In this document: in pieces, positions 29,916-39,873 of the stretch
Numbering within the stretch: the first letter of the stretch is position 1
Layout: each line of letters starts with the position of its first letter
Source: Candidatus Aminicenantes bacterium
Lineage (GTDB): Bacteria > Acidobacteriota > Aminicenantia > Aminicenantales > Saccharicenantaceae
Assembly: GCA_963784525.1 (NCBI GenBank)
Contig: CAWART010000001.1
Span: 339,729 to 403,728, forward strand
Reading direction: 5' to 3'
DNA: 64,000 nt
Position numbers and translations under genes: made by a program
Notes under the pieces: generated by a model
Told to the model about the DNA's origin: nothing
Database searches by the model: none
Seen by the model: only the letters and a program-made list of their open reading frames with translations

Positions 29916-32552
29916 ATGCCCGAAAAAAGCTCCCTGACCCCGATGATGGAACAGTATTTCCGCATCAAGAAGGAGCATCCGGGCGCCCTGCTCTTCTTCC
30001 GGCTGGGCGACTTCTACGAGATGTTCTACGAGGACGCGAAGACGGCCTCGCCCGTCCTCGAGATCGCCCTGACCTCACGCCAGAAGGTTCCGATGTGCGG
30101 CGTCCCCCACCACGCCGTCAACGCCTACCTGGCCAAGCTGCTGCGCCGCGGGTACAAGGTCGCCGTCTGCGAGCAGATGGAGGACCCGCGGTCGGCGAAG
30201 GGCGTGGTCAAGCGGGAGGTCATCAAGGTCCTGACCCCCGGAACGGCGGTCGAGGTCGAGAACGGCGACGGCCGGGAGAACACCTATGTCGCGGCCTTCG
30301 TCCTGACCCGGGAAGGCTGGGGGCTGGCCCGGCTCGACCTCGTCTCCGGGGAGATCCGGGCGCTTCAGGGCGGGCCCGAGGACCTCCGGGCGGCCTCCGA
30401 CGAGCTGTTCAAGGCATCGCCCCGGGAGATCATCTATCCGGAGGGCGCCGAGGATTCTCTCGCCCGGATCCTGTCTCCGCGGGAAGCCGCGGCCGTGCCG
30501 CTGAGCCCGGTCGAAGCCTGGGCCTTCGACCCGCCCCAGGCCTCACGGCTCCTCGAGGAACACCTCCGGGTCAAGTCCCTGGCGGGGTTCGGCCTGGACG
30601 GAAAGCTCCTGGCCGTCGCGGCCGCCGGCGCGCTCCTCCATTACGTCAAGAAGGTCCGGAAGGATTCCGTCGCCCTGGTCCACAAGGTCGTCTACGTGCC
30701 CGCCGGCGACAGGCTCGTCCTGGACGCGGCGACGGTCCGGAACCTGGAGCTCGTCAGGAACCTCCGCGACGGGCGGACGTCGGACACCCTGCTCGAGGTC
30801 ATGGACCTGACGGTGACCCCGATGGGGGCGCGGACGCTCCGCGGCTGGCTCCTGGAGCCTCTCGCCGACGCCGGACGGATCAACGCGCGGCTGGACGCCG
30901 TGGCCGAAGCCGCCCGCCTGACCATCGAGAGGCGCGAGGTCCGCGACGCCTTCAAGGGCATTCACGACCTGGAGCGGCTGACGGGCAAGATCTCCCTCGC
31001 CGCCGCCAATGCCCGGGACCTCGTCGCGCTGAAGAGGTCTCTCGAGCCTTTGCCGAAGGTCCGGACGATCCTCGAGGCCTTCGGCGCCGGCGCGTTCCGG
31101 GTCATCCGGGAAGGATGGGACGACGTCCGGGACGTGGTCGGGATCGTCGACAGGACCATCCTGGACGAGCCGGCGCTCGCGCTCACGGAGGGCGGGATCG
31201 TCAAGCCGGGGTTCGACGCCGAGCTCGACGAGCTGAGGGACATCTCGCGGTCCGGGAAGGCGTTCATCGCCCGTCTGGAAAAGACCGAGCGGGAGAGGAC
31301 GGGCATCTCGTCCCTCAAGGTCCGCTACAACAAGGTCTTCGGTTATTACATCGACGTCACGAAGCCCAACCTGCCCCAGGTCCCCCCGGACTACATCCGC
31401 AAGCAGACCCTCGTCGGCTCGGAGCGTTTTCTCACCCCGGAGCTCAAGACCTACGAGGAGAAGGTCCTCCACGCCGAGGAGCGGATGGCGGAGATCGAAT
31501 ACCGCATCTTCCAGGAGACCCGGGAGGCCGTGGCCCGGGAGACGACGCGCCTCCAGCGCGTCGCCGCCGCTGTCGCCCGGCTGGACGTCCTCACGGCCCT
31601 GGGGGAGCTCGCGGTCGGCCGGAGCTACTGCCGCCCCGAGGTGGGCGGCGGGGACGCCCTCCGGATCACGGGCGGGCGGCACCCCGTCATCGAGGTCGCC
31701 AACGCCGAGCCGTTCATCCCGAACGATACGTCCCTCGATCCCGCCGACGAGCAGATCCTCGTCATCACCGGGCCGAACATGGGCGGGAAATCGACCTACC
31801 TCCGCCAGGTCGCCCTCATCGCCGTCATGGCCCAGATGGGCTCGTTCGTGCCGGCCGAATCGGCCGCGCTGGGCCTTGTCGACCGCATCTTCACCCGCAT
31901 CGGCGCGACGGACTTCCTGAGCGTCGGACAGTCGACGTTCATGGTCGAGATGCTGGAGACGGCCGCCATCCTGAACAGCGCGACGCCGAAGAGCCTCATC
32001 CTCCTCGACGAGGTCGGGCGGGGGACCAGCACGTTCGACGGCCTGAGCATCGCCTGGGCCGTGGCCGAGCACCTGCATGAGCGGGAAGGGGTCCGGGCCA
32101 AGACCCTGTTCGCCACCCACTACCACGAACTGACCGAGCTCGCCCTGAGCCTCAAGCGGATCCGGAACTTCCACGTCTCCGTCAAGGAGTGGAAGGACGA
32201 CGTCATCTTCCTGCGGAAGATCGTTCCCGGACCCTCCGACCGCAGTTACGGCATCCACGTGGCCAAGCTGGCCGGCATCCCGCGGGCCGTGATCGACCGG
32301 GCCCGGGAGATCCTCTTCAACCTGGAGAAAAGGGAATTCGACGAGGAGGGCGTTCCGCGCATGGCCTACCGCTCGCCGGGAAAGCGCGACCGGGCCCAGG
32401 GCCTGCTCTTCGCCGAGGACCGGGAGCGCGCGACGCTCGAGGAGATGAGGGACAGGATCCTGTCCTGCGATATCCAGGGGATGACGCCCCTCGAGGCGCT
32501 GAACCTCCTCGGGGCGTTGAGGGACGGGCTCGGGGGGAAGGCGGGGGACTAG
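29916..32552 (+). CDS. mutS: DNA mismatch repair protein MutS
   Basis: MMEQYFRIKKEHPGALLFFRLGDFYEMFYEDA N-terminus, Walker A GPNMGGKST, DEVGRGTSTFDG. Internal ATG at 29916 inside ORF 29814..32552. Confidence 0.9.
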   Translation: MPEKSSLTPMMEQYFRIKKEHPGALLFFRLGDFYEMFYEDAKTASPVLEIALTSRQKVPMCGVPHHAVNAYLAKLLRRGYKVAVCEQMEDPRSAKGVVKREVIKVLTPGTAVEVENGDGRENTYVAAFVLTREGWGLARLDLVSGEIRALQGGPEDLRAASDELFKASPREIIYPEGAEDSLARILSPREAAAVPLSPVEAWAFDPPQASRLLEEHLRVKSLAGFGLDGKLLAVAAAGALLHYVKKVRKDSVALVHKVVYVPAGDRLVLDAATVRNLELVRNLRDGRTSDTLLEVMDLTVTPMGARTLRGWLLEPLADAGRINARLDAVAEAARLTIERREVRDAFKGIHDLERLTGKISLAAANARDLVALKRSLEPLPKVRTILEAFGAGAFRVIREGWDDVRDVVGIVDRTILDEPALALTEGGIVKPGFDAELDELRDISRSGKAFIARLEKTERERTGISSLKVRYNKVFGYYIDVTKPNLPQVPPDYIRKQTLVGSERFLTPELKTYEEKVLHAEERMAEIEYRIFQETREAVARETTRLQRVAAAVARLDVLTALGELAVGRSYCRPEVGGGDALRITGGRHPVIEVANAEPFIPNDTSLDPADEQILVITGPNMGGKSTYLRQVALIAVMAQMGSFVPAESAALGLVDRIFTRIGATDFLSVGQSTFMVEMLETAAILNSATPKSLILLDEVGRGTSTFDGLSIAWAVAEHLHEREGVRAKTLFATHYHELTELALSLKRIRNFHVSVKEWKDDVIFLRKIVPGPSDRSYGIHVAKLAGIPRAVIDRAREILFNLEKREFDEEGVPRMAYRSPGKRDRAQGLLFAEDRERATLEEMRDRILSCDIQGMTPLEALNLLGALRDGLGGKAGD

Positions 32553-32929
32553 AGGTCTTCGGCCTCCTCGACCTGGAAGCCTTCCTCGGTGTCCGCCTCC
32601 TCCTCGTCCTCCCCGTCGCCGTCGACATCCTTGTCGAATTCCTTGCCGTCCTCGAAGGGAGCGTCGCCGACCTCTTCCTTCCTCTGCTCGAGGGCGACGT
32701 CGAACTCGTCCCGGTCCTCGTAGCGCCTCAGGATGTTGGCCGCGGAATCGCTGTAGCAGAGCTCCAGGAAATCCTCTTCGATCTCGCAGAAGATGGACAT
32801 CGAGTGGCCGGTCTGAAGGTTCCCGACGGTCTCGACGGGGTCGGCCGCCTTTTTGATCGCGTCCAACGTCAGCCAGCTCGATACTTCGATCTCTTCCATA
32901 ATGCGCTCCCTAAGAGAATAAATATCCAT
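32549..32929 (-). CDS. small highly acidic hypothetical protein
   Basis: 126-aa ORF with a D/E-rich C-terminal half (DKDVDGDGEDEEEADTEEGFQVEEAEDL). Divergent from clpB. Its stop overlaps the mutS stop region. Coding status is uncertain. Confidence 0.4.
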   Translation of the reverse strand: MDIYSLRERIMEEIEVSSWLTLDAIKKAADPVETVGNLQTGHSMSIFCEIEEDFLELCYSDSAANILRRYEDRDEFDVALEQRKEEVGDAPFEDGKEFDKDVDGDGEDEEEADTEEGFQVEEAEDL

Positions 32930-32962
32930 TTTAAGCCAATTGTCAAGTCAGGCAAGGGGTTC

Positions 32963-32991
32963 TTGACAGGCGCGCCCGCGCCCGCTATTTT
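32963..32991 (+). promoter_or_regulatory. strong sigma70-type promoter for clpB (TTGACA-N17-TATTTT), then GGAGG SD
   Basis: TTGACA at 32963-32968, a 17-nt GC spacer, TATTTT at 32986-32991. GGAGG at 33001-33005 lies 6 nt before the clpB ATG at 33012. Confidence 0.5.
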
Positions 32992-33011
32992 TTAAGGTAC
33001 GGAGGTCCGGC

Positions 33012-35597
33012 ATGAGATGGGAAAAACTGACGGTCATGTCCCAGGAAGCGTTCCGCGAGGCCCAGGCGAAAGCCGCGGCCATGGGGCACCAGGAGATCGG
33101 CCCCGAGCATCTCCTGATGAGCTTCCTCGAAAAGCCCGAGAACATCGTCAACGCCGTCCTGGGCAAGCTCGGCGCGAACGCCGGCGCGGTCCGGGCGGAC
33201 CTGGACGCGGCGCTGGCGCGCCTTCCCAAGGTCTCCGGCGGCGGGGAGCCCACCGCTTCCGAGGCCCTGCGGCGCGTCATGGACGGCGGCGAGAAGCAGG
33301 CCGCGCGGCTCAAGGATGAGTACGTCTCCACGGAGCATCTCCTCCTCGCCATGCTCGAGGAAAAGGCCGGCGATGCCGGCCGGATCCTGGCGGCGCGGGG
33401 CGTCACCGGGGAGTCGGTCCTCAAGGCCCTGGCCACGGTCCGCGGCTCGCAGAGGATCACGGACCCCGAGCCCGAGGGCAAGTTCCAGGCGCTCGAGAAG
33501 TACGCCCGCGACCTCACGGCCCTGGCCAGGCAGGGGAAGCTCGACCCGGTCATCGGCCGCGAGGACGAGATCCGGCGCGTCATGCAGGTCCTGTCCCGGC
33601 GGACGAAGAACAATCCCGTCCTCGTCGGCGAGGCCGGCGTCGGGAAGACCGCCGTCGTCGAGGGGCTGGCCCGGCGCATCGCCGACGGCGACGTTCCCCA
33701 GTCCCTGAAGAACAAGCGCCTCCTCTCCCTCGACATCGGCTCGCTCGTCGCCGGGACGAAGTACCGGGGCGAGTTCGAGGACCGGCTCAAGGCCATCCTC
33801 AAGGAGATCCGCGAATCGGACGGCGAGATCATCCTGTTCATCGACGAGCTCCACACGATCATCGGGGCCGGGGCGGCCGAGGGCGCCGTGGACGCCTCGA
33901 ACATGCTCAAGCCGGCCCTCGCCCGGGGCGAACTGCGCTGCGTCGGGGCGACGACGCTCAACGAGTACAAGAAGCACATCGAGAAGGACGCCGCCCTCGA
34001 ACGGCGCTTCCAGCAGGTCTATGTGGGCGAGCCCTCGGTCGAGGAGACCATTTCCATCCTCCGCGGCCTCAAGGACAAGTATGAGGCCCATCACGGCGTC
34101 CGGATCACGGACTCGGCCCTGGTGGCGGCGGCGACGCTGTCCCATCGCTACATCTCGAGCCGCTACCTCCCGGACAAGGCCATCGACCTCATGGACGAGG
34201 CGGCCTCCCGGACCCGCATCCAGATCGACAGCCTGCCCGAGAACGTCGACGAGCTCGAACGGCGGATCGTTCAGCTCGAGATCGAGCGGCAGGCGCTCCG
34301 CAAGGAAAAGGACAAGGCTGCGAAGGAGAGGCTGGGGGGGATCGAGAAGGAGCTCGCGGACCTCAAGGAGAAGAGCTCTGGCCTCAAGGCGCAGTGGAAG
34401 AACGAGAAGGATCTCATCGAAGCCCAGGGCAGGATCAAGGAGCGCGTGGACGCGCTCAAGAGCGAAGGGCAGGCGGCCGAGCGGCGCGGCGACCTCGAGC
34501 GCGCGGCCGAGATCCGCTACGGGAAGCTCATCGAGGCGGCGAAGGAGTCGGAAGCCCTGGCGGCCCGCCTGGCCGCCGCCCAGAAGAAAGGAAAGATGCT
34601 CAAGGAGGAGGTCGACGAGGAGGACATCGCCCAGATCGTCTCCCGGTGGACGGGCATCCCCGTGTCCAAGATGCTGGAGGGCGACGCGGCCCGCCTGCTC
34701 CGGATGGAGGAGACGCTCTCGGCCCGCGTGGTCGGCCAGGACCAGGCCATCCGCGTCGTTGCGGACACCATCCGGCGGGCGCGGGCCGGCATTCAGGACG
34801 CCGCGCGTCCCATCGGGTCCTTCATCTTCATGGGGCCCACGGGCGTCGGCAAGACCGAGCTGGCGCGGGCGCTGGCCGAGTTCCTCTTCGGCGACGAGAA
34901 GGCGATGGTCCGGCTCGACATGTCGGAGTACATGGAGAAGCACACGGTCGCCCGGCTTATCGGGGCGCCTCCCGGCTACGTCGGCTACGAGGAGGGGGGC
35001 CAGCTGACCGAGGCGGTCAAGCGCAGGCCGTATTCCCTCGTCCTTCTGGACGAGATCGAGAAGGCCCATTCCGATGTCTTCAACGTCCTCCTCCAGATCC
35101 TCGACGACGGCCGACTGACCGACGGCCAGGGACGGACGGTGGACTTCCGGAACACGCTGGTCATCATGACGTCGAACCTCGGGAGCACGGAGATCAAGGG
35201 CCTCGGCGGGGATTTCGCGGCCATGGAGCGCGAGGTCCGCAAGGTCCTCGAGGCCCACTTCAGGCCCGAGTTCCTCAACCGCGTCGACGAGGTCGTCGTC
35301 TTCCGGCCGCTGGGGAAGGGGACCATCCTCAAGATCGTCGACCTCCAGCTCGGGCTCCTTCGGTCGCGGCTCGCCGGGCGGAAGATCGGGCTCGAAGCCT
35401 CCCCGGAAGCCGCCGCCCTCCTGGCCGAGAGGGGTTACGATCCCGTCTACGGCGCCCGGCCCCTGAAACGGGCCATCCAGAGGGACGTCCAGAACCCCCT
35501 GGCCGCGAAGATATTGGCCGGGGAATACGGGGAAGGGGACACGGTCGTCCTCGGCGTCGACAAGAAGGGCGAGCTGTCTTTCGCGAAAAGAGGGTAG
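33012..35597 (+). CDS. clpB: chaperone ClpB (AAA+ disaggregase)
   Basis: 861 aa with two AAA modules ([18 protein letters not shown]), a middle coiled-coil domain, and the N-domain repeat [10 protein letters not shown]. Confidence 0.95.
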   Translation: MRWEKLTVMSQEAFREAQAKAAAMGHQEIGPEHLLMSFLEKPENIVNAVLGKLGANAGAVRADLDAALARLPKVSGGGEPTASEALRRVMDGGEKQAARLKDEYVSTEHLLLAMLEEKAGDAGRILAARGVTGESVLKALATVRGSQRITDPEPEGKFQALEKYARDLTALARQGKLDPVIGREDEIRRVMQVLSRRTKNNPVLVGEAGVGKTAVVEGLARRIADGDVPQSLKNKRLLSLDIGSLVAGTKYRGEFEDRLKAILKEIRESDGEIILFIDELHTIIGAGAAEGAVDASNMLKPALARGELRCVGATTLNEYKKHIEKDAALERRFQQVYVGEPSVEETISILRGLKDKYEAHHGVRITDSALVAAATLSHRYISSRYLPDKAIDLMDEAASRTRIQIDSLPENVDELERRIVQLEIERQALRKEKDKAAKERLGGIEKELADLKEKSSGLKAQWKNEKDLIEAQGRIKERVDALKSEGQAAERRGDLERAAEIRYGKLIEAAKESEALAARLAAAQKKGKMLKEEVDEEDIAQIVSRWTGIPVSKMLEGDAARLLRMEETLSARVVGQDQAIRVVADTIRRARAGIQDAARPIGSFIFMGPTGVGKTELARALAEFLFGDEKAMVRLDMSEYMEKHTVARLIGAPPGYVGYEEGGQLTEAVKRRPYSLVLLDEIEKAHSDVFNVLLQILDDGRLTDGQGRTVDFRNTLVIMTSNLGSTEIKGLGGDFAAMEREVRKVLEAHFRPEFLNRVDEVVVFRPLGKGTILKIVDLQLGLLRSRLAGRKIGLEASPEAAALLAERGYDPVYGARPLKRAIQRDVQNPLAAKILAGEYGEGDTVVLGVDKKGELSFAKRG

Positions 35598-35608
35598 TCC
35601 CGGCAAAT

Positions 35609-35956
35609 CCCCCCTGACCCCCCTTTTACAAAGGGGGGAATCTTCAAGTCCAGCCGCGAATCCCTTTTCCATGGAGCGAACGTTCAAGTCCAGGCGCAGA
35701 TCGCTTTTCCATGGAGCGAGCGTTCAAGTCCAGGCGCAGATCCCTTTTCCAGGGGGGACGCGGTCCAGCCAAATCCCTTTCCCACGACGGGGACCTTCGA
35801 GTCCGGCCGTAAATCCCTTTTGCACGGGAGGCATTTCCAATTTCAGCGGCGAGCCCTTTATTTCAAGGAGGAATCCAGATCCGCTCCCGGCCTCTCCGGA
35901 AGCGTAGGCCGGGCCTTGAACCTCCCCCCTTTCCTAAAGGGGGGGTGGGGGGATTT
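35609..35956. repeat. decaying tandem array (about 8 units of about 38-42 bp) of a C6-loop-G6 hairpin element
   Basis: Units read ttcaagtccagNcgcNNatcccttttccatggagcgaNcg with progressive divergence. The first unit (35609-35638, CCCCCCTGACCCCCC-TTTTACAAA-GGGGGG) and last unit (35924-35946, CCCCCC-TTTCCTAAA-GGGGGGG) keep the perfect stem. The intervening sequence between would-be repeats is itself repeated, so this is not a CRISPR array. Confidence 0.6.
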
Positions 35957-36035
35957 CCTCCCGCCGGCTTGCCCGTTCTCTTGACCGAAGACCTCGATTA
36001 AGGTATTCATAAAGGATTATCGCAGGAGGATGAAT

Positions 36036-37349
36036 ATGCATAAACGTCAATTCGCGATAGCGGCGCTCGTCGCATTTCTGGCCTTGGGCGGTCTGGCCCA
36101 TGGCAATGGGCTGAACCTCAACAGCCTCGGGACGCGGGCCCTGACCATGGGCGGCGCGTTCGTCGGACTGGCCGACGACTTCAGCGCGGTGTTCTGGAAT
36201 CCGGCCGGAGCGGCAGGGTTCAAGACGAAGTACCTGGGATTCTACGCGACCGACCTCATCCCGTCGAGCACGTACAGGCTCGACGTTCCCACGCCCTCCG
36301 GCATGGCGACGCTCGTCGACGCCAAGAGCAAGCTGGGCCATTACCTGGGCGGCATGTTCGCTTATTACCATCCGGTTTCCGACCGCCTGGTCCTCGGCTT
36401 CGGCGCCTACACGCCTTCGGGCATAGGCATCAAATGGCCCGAGAGCGGTCTCGCGCCCCTCTCCGGCGGCGGGAGCTTCGACTGGTCGAGCAAGGTCGGC
36501 CTCTTCAGCCTCTCCCCGCTCGTCGCCTATAAGGTCAACGACATGATCTCGATCGGGGCGGCCCTCAACGTCAATTACGGGATGTTCTCCATCAACATGC
36601 ACGCCGGGCAGGCCGAGCTCCCCGTCCCCCCGTACGCCCTCGACCTCGGTCAATACGAGGAAAGCCTGAGCGGCTGGGGCCTCGGGGCCACGTTCGGCGT
36701 CCTCGTCAAGCCGTCCGACCGGCTGAGCTTCGGCCTTACGGTCCGCACGCCGAGCAAGGTGACCTTCAAGGGCGACGGGCTCATCTCCAATCTGGACATG
36801 ATGGGCTTCAGCGAAACATCCACCGTCGACCGGAGCATCACGTTCCCGCTCTGGATCGCCGGCGGCGTGGCCGTTCGTCCCCTGGCCCGGCTCCTCGTGA
36901 CGGCCGACCTCCAGTGGACGAAGTGGTCGTCCATCAAGGCCCTCGACGCGACCTTCGCCGATCCGGTCTGGAAGGCCATGATGGCCTTGAGCGGCCGGGA
37001 CTCCCAGAAGATGGACTGGGCGAACAAGATGCAGGTCCGGTTCGGGGCCGAATACACCGTGAGCGACGCCCTCGCCCTGCGGGCGGGGTACTATTACGAC
37101 CCGAGCCCCGCCCCCGACACGACGCTGAACATCCTCCTCCCGAGCTATACGTACAACGTCGTGACGGCGGGCGCCGGCTACAAGGTCGCCGGCCTCCAGC
37201 TCGACTTCGGCGTCGAATACCTGATGGGCAGGGACAGGGACGTCCTTTACCTCAAAACGCTCACCGACCCGGTCTTCGCCACGGCCATGGCGGGCATGTA
37301 CCACATGAACATCCTCGTCCCGAACCTCTCCATCGGATACAGGTTCTGA
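36036..37349 (+). CDS. FadL/TodX-family outer-membrane hydrophobic-compound transporter
   Basis: Signal peptide. N-terminal LNLNSLGTRALTMGGAFVGLADDFSAVFWNPAG matches the FadL/OmpP1 hatch region. C-terminal ...LSIGYRF ends in Phe. The ATG at 36036 is 6 nt after GGAGGA. Confidence 0.75.
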   Translation: MHKRQFAIAALVAFLALGGLAHGNGLNLNSLGTRALTMGGAFVGLADDFSAVFWNPAGAAGFKTKYLGFYATDLIPSSTYRLDVPTPSGMATLVDAKSKLGHYLGGMFAYYHPVSDRLVLGFGAYTPSGIGIKWPESGLAPLSGGGSFDWSSKVGLFSLSPLVAYKVNDMISIGAALNVNYGMFSINMHAGQAELPVPPYALDLGQYEESLSGWGLGATFGVLVKPSDRLSFGLTVRTPSKVTFKGDGLISNLDMMGFSETSTVDRSITFPLWIAGGVAVRPLARLLVTADLQWTKWSSIKALDATFADPVWKAMMALSGRDSQKMDWANKMQVRFGAEYTVSDALALRAGYYYDPSPAPDTTLNILLPSYTYNVVTAGAGYKVAGLQLDFGVEYLMGRDRDVLYLKTLTDPVFATAMAGMYHMNILVPNLSIGYRF

Positions 37350-37549
37350 CGCAGGCCTTGGCACGTCCGTCGCCCGGGCCGGGGGGCCGGTAGCCCCCTG
37401 CCCGCGGCGGGTTCGCTCCTCCGGAATGGTCCCGGCGTCCGCGCCCCGGCCCCCGGATCATCCCTTCCGTCCTTCCCCAAGGGGGGAAAGAACCTTTTGC
37501 TCCGTTTTTCCGTCTATAAAAGAGGAATGTCGCCGTACAGAGGTTTGTC

Positions 37550-38635
37550 ATGAAAAAGTGGGTCCTGCGCGTCTTCGCGTGCCTTTTCATCGCGGTGTTC
37601 TTCTATTTTCTCCTGGCCTGCGGGAAGAAGAAGGAGACCCTGAAGCTCGTCGCCGTCACCAAGGGCGACATCCTGGAAAAGGCCCTTGCCGTCGGCACCA
37701 TCGAGCCGGAGAAGGAGACCAAGGTCAAATCGACCATCCCCGGGATCGTCCAAGAGGTCCTCTTCAAGGTCGGCGACGGCGTCGCCGCCGGGGCGCCGCT
37801 CTTCAAGATATCCCCCAATCCGACGCCGCTCGAATACGTCGAGGCCCGCCGGAGCATGGAGGTCGCCGAGATCGGCATGAGCAAGCTCAAGGCGGACTGG
37901 GAGCGTCAGGTCCAGCTCTTCAAGGGGGCGCTCGTCTCCGAATCCGAGATGGCCGCCACCGAGAGCGCCTTCCGCGAGGCGAACCTCCGCTACAAGATCG
38001 CCGGCGAGCGCCTCGAGCTCCTCGAGCGGGGACGGATCAAGATGTCCAACCGGGACATCGATTCCATCATCCGGTCCCCGAACGCGGGCATCGTCCTCTC
38101 CCAGGCCGTCTTCCAGGGCGATCCCGTCGTGCCGTTGACGAACTATCAGCCGGGGACCGAGCTCTGTTCCCTGGCCGACATGGCCAGCCTCCTCTTCAAG
38201 GGCACCGTGGACGAGATCGACGTCGGCAAGATCACCGCCGGGATGGACGCCGAGATCCAGATCGGGGCGCTTCCCGACGCCCGGCTCGCCGGGCGGGTCA
38301 TCCGCATCTTCCCCAAGGCCAAGAAGGAGGGGAACGCGACGCTCTTCGACATCGAGATCACCATCGACAAGACGACCGGGGCCGTCCTGCGGGCGGGCTT
38401 CTCCGCCACGGCGAGCATCCGCATCCGCGAGCGCAAGCAGGTCCCGATGCTCCCGGAGCGCCTCATTCTCTTCGAGAACGGCAAGCGCTTCGTCGAGGTC
38501 CCCGAAGGCCAGGGGCTGAAGACCAGGAAGGTCGAGGTCCAGACCGGGCTGTCGGACGGGCTCAACATCGAGCTCCTCTCGGGCGTGAAGGACGGCGAGA
38601 AGGTCGTCGAAAGGCCGCCGCGCGAGATCAAGTGA
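37550..38635 (+). CDS. efflux transporter periplasmic adaptor (HlyD/MacA-like membrane fusion protein)
   Basis: N-terminal TM or lipoprotein anchor, coiled-coil hairpin (...RRSMEVAEIGMSKLKADWERQVQLFK...), beta-barrel/lipoyl motifs. It precedes the MacB-type permeases. Confidence 0.8.
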   Translation: MKKWVLRVFACLFIAVFFYFLLACGKKKETLKLVAVTKGDILEKALAVGTIEPEKETKVKSTIPGIVQEVLFKVGDGVAAGAPLFKISPNPTPLEYVEARRSMEVAEIGMSKLKADWERQVQLFKGALVSESEMAATESAFREANLRYKIAGERLELLERGRIKMSNRDIDSIIRSPNAGIVLSQAVFQGDPVVPLTNYQPGTELCSLADMASLLFKGTVDEIDVGKITAGMDAEIQIGALPDARLAGRVIRIFPKAKKEGNATLFDIEITIDKTTGAVLRAGFSATASIRIRERKQVPMLPERLILFENGKRFVEVPEGQGLKTRKVEVQTGLSDGLNIELLSGVKDGEKVVERPPREIK

Positions 38636-38639
38636 CCCC

Positions 38640-39872
38640 ATGTCCGGCATCTTCCTCCGCAACCTCGTCCGGGACCTCCTCCGCCAGCCGCTCCGGACCG
38701 CGCTGACCCTGTCCGGCGTCGTCTGGGGGACGTTCTCGGTCATCCTGCTCATCGCCTTCGGCGACTCCGTGTCCAAGGCCCAGCTCAAGAGGTTCCACGG
38801 GATGGGCCAGGGCCTCGTCCTCGTCTTCCCGTCCCGGACGACGCTCGCCTGGCAGGGCTTCCTCAAGGGCAAGCCCGTCCGGGTGACCCCGGAGACGATC
38901 GAGGCCATCCCGGAGAAGGTCGCCGGCATCGAATTCATCAGCCCCGAGTTCGTCGGCGGGCACCTCATCCGCTACGGGCGGAACGAGTTCCGGAACACGG
39001 TCCGGGGCGTCAATCCCGTGTTCGAGCGGATGCGCAACACCATCGCCGAGGAGGGCCGGTTCATCGACCCCGAGGACATGTCCCAGCGCAAGCGTTCGGC
39101 CTTCATCGGCGACGTTCTCGCCCGCGATCTCTTCGGGAAGGAAGAGGCCGTCGGCCGGACGATCTTCATCGACGCCGTGCCGTTCACGGTCGTCGGGGTG
39201 ATGCGGAAGAAGATCCAGAACTCCGACTACAGCGGCGGCCGCGACGAGCGATGCGCCTTCATCCCCTGGACGACGTTCGCCGCCCTCTATGGGAACAAGT
39301 ACGTCTCGAACTTCATCGTCCGTCCCGCCGACCCCGGCCGGAACAAGACCGTGATCCAGGACGTCAAGAAGCACCTGGCGAAGGTTGCGGGTTTCTCCCC
39401 CGACGATCCGGACGCCCTGGGGGTCTGGGACACCCTCGAGTTCGAGAAGCAGTTCACGACCTTCTTCCTGGCGTTCACCGTCTTCATGGCCGTCATCGGC
39501 TCGTTCACCCTCCTCGTCGGCGGGGTCGGCGTCGCCTCCATCATGCGGGTCGTCGTCGAGGAGAGGACCCGGGAGATCGGCATCAAGCTGGCCGTCGGCG
39601 CCCGGCGCCGGACCATCCTGCGCCAGTTCTTCGCCGAATCCCTGATGATCATGCTCGTCGGCGGGGTGCTGGGCTTCGTGCTCGCGGCCCTCGCCATGCA
39701 GGCGGCCCGGGCCTTTCCGGGCTCCTTCACGGAGTTCGTCGGCGTCCCCGTCCTGAACCCGCTCGTCGTCATCTCGACCATCCTCATCCTTCTCGCCATC
39801 GGCGTCGTCGCCGGCATGATCCCGGCCCGGGCCGCCGCCTCGACGGACCCCATCGCCGCCCTGAGGAAATGA
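38640..39872 (+). CDS. ABC transporter permease, MacB/FtsX family (periplasmic MacB_PCD plus 4 TM)
   Basis: N-terminal TM, large periplasmic domain, C-terminal FtsX segment with REIGIKLAVGARRRTIL. Confidence 0.8.
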   Translation: MSGIFLRNLVRDLLRQPLRTALTLSGVVWGTFSVILLIAFGDSVSKAQLKRFHGMGQGLVLVFPSRTTLAWQGFLKGKPVRVTPETIEAIPEKVAGIEFISPEFVGGHLIRYGRNEFRNTVRGVNPVFERMRNTIAEEGRFIDPEDMSQRKRSAFIGDVLARDLFGKEEAVGRTIFIDAVPFTVVGVMRKKIQNSDYSGGRDERCAFIPWTTFAALYGNKYVSNFIVRPADPGRNKTVIQDVKKHLAKVAGFSPDDPDALGVWDTLEFEKQFTTFFLAFTVFMAVIGSFTLLVGGVGVASIMRVVVEERTREIGIKLAVGARRRTILRQFFAESLMIMLVGGVLGFVLAALAMQAARAFPGSFTEFVGVPVLNPLVVISTILILLAIGVVAGMIPARAAASTDPIAALRK

Positions 39873-39873
39873 C

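Noticed and set aside
32930-33011. CIRCE/HAIR heat-shock operator upstream of clpB
   Set aside because: No TTAGCACTC-N9-GAGTGCTAA-like inverted repeat is present. Only the sigma70-like -35/-10 and the SD were found.
35640-35956. Possible CRISPR array (regularly spaced about 24-bp cores with about 16-bp intervening segments)
   Set aside because: The intervening segments are themselves near-identical between units (ttcaagtccaggcgcag...), so there are no unique spacers. There are no cas genes and the period is about 40 bp. It is a decaying tandem duplication of the C6/G6 hairpin element.
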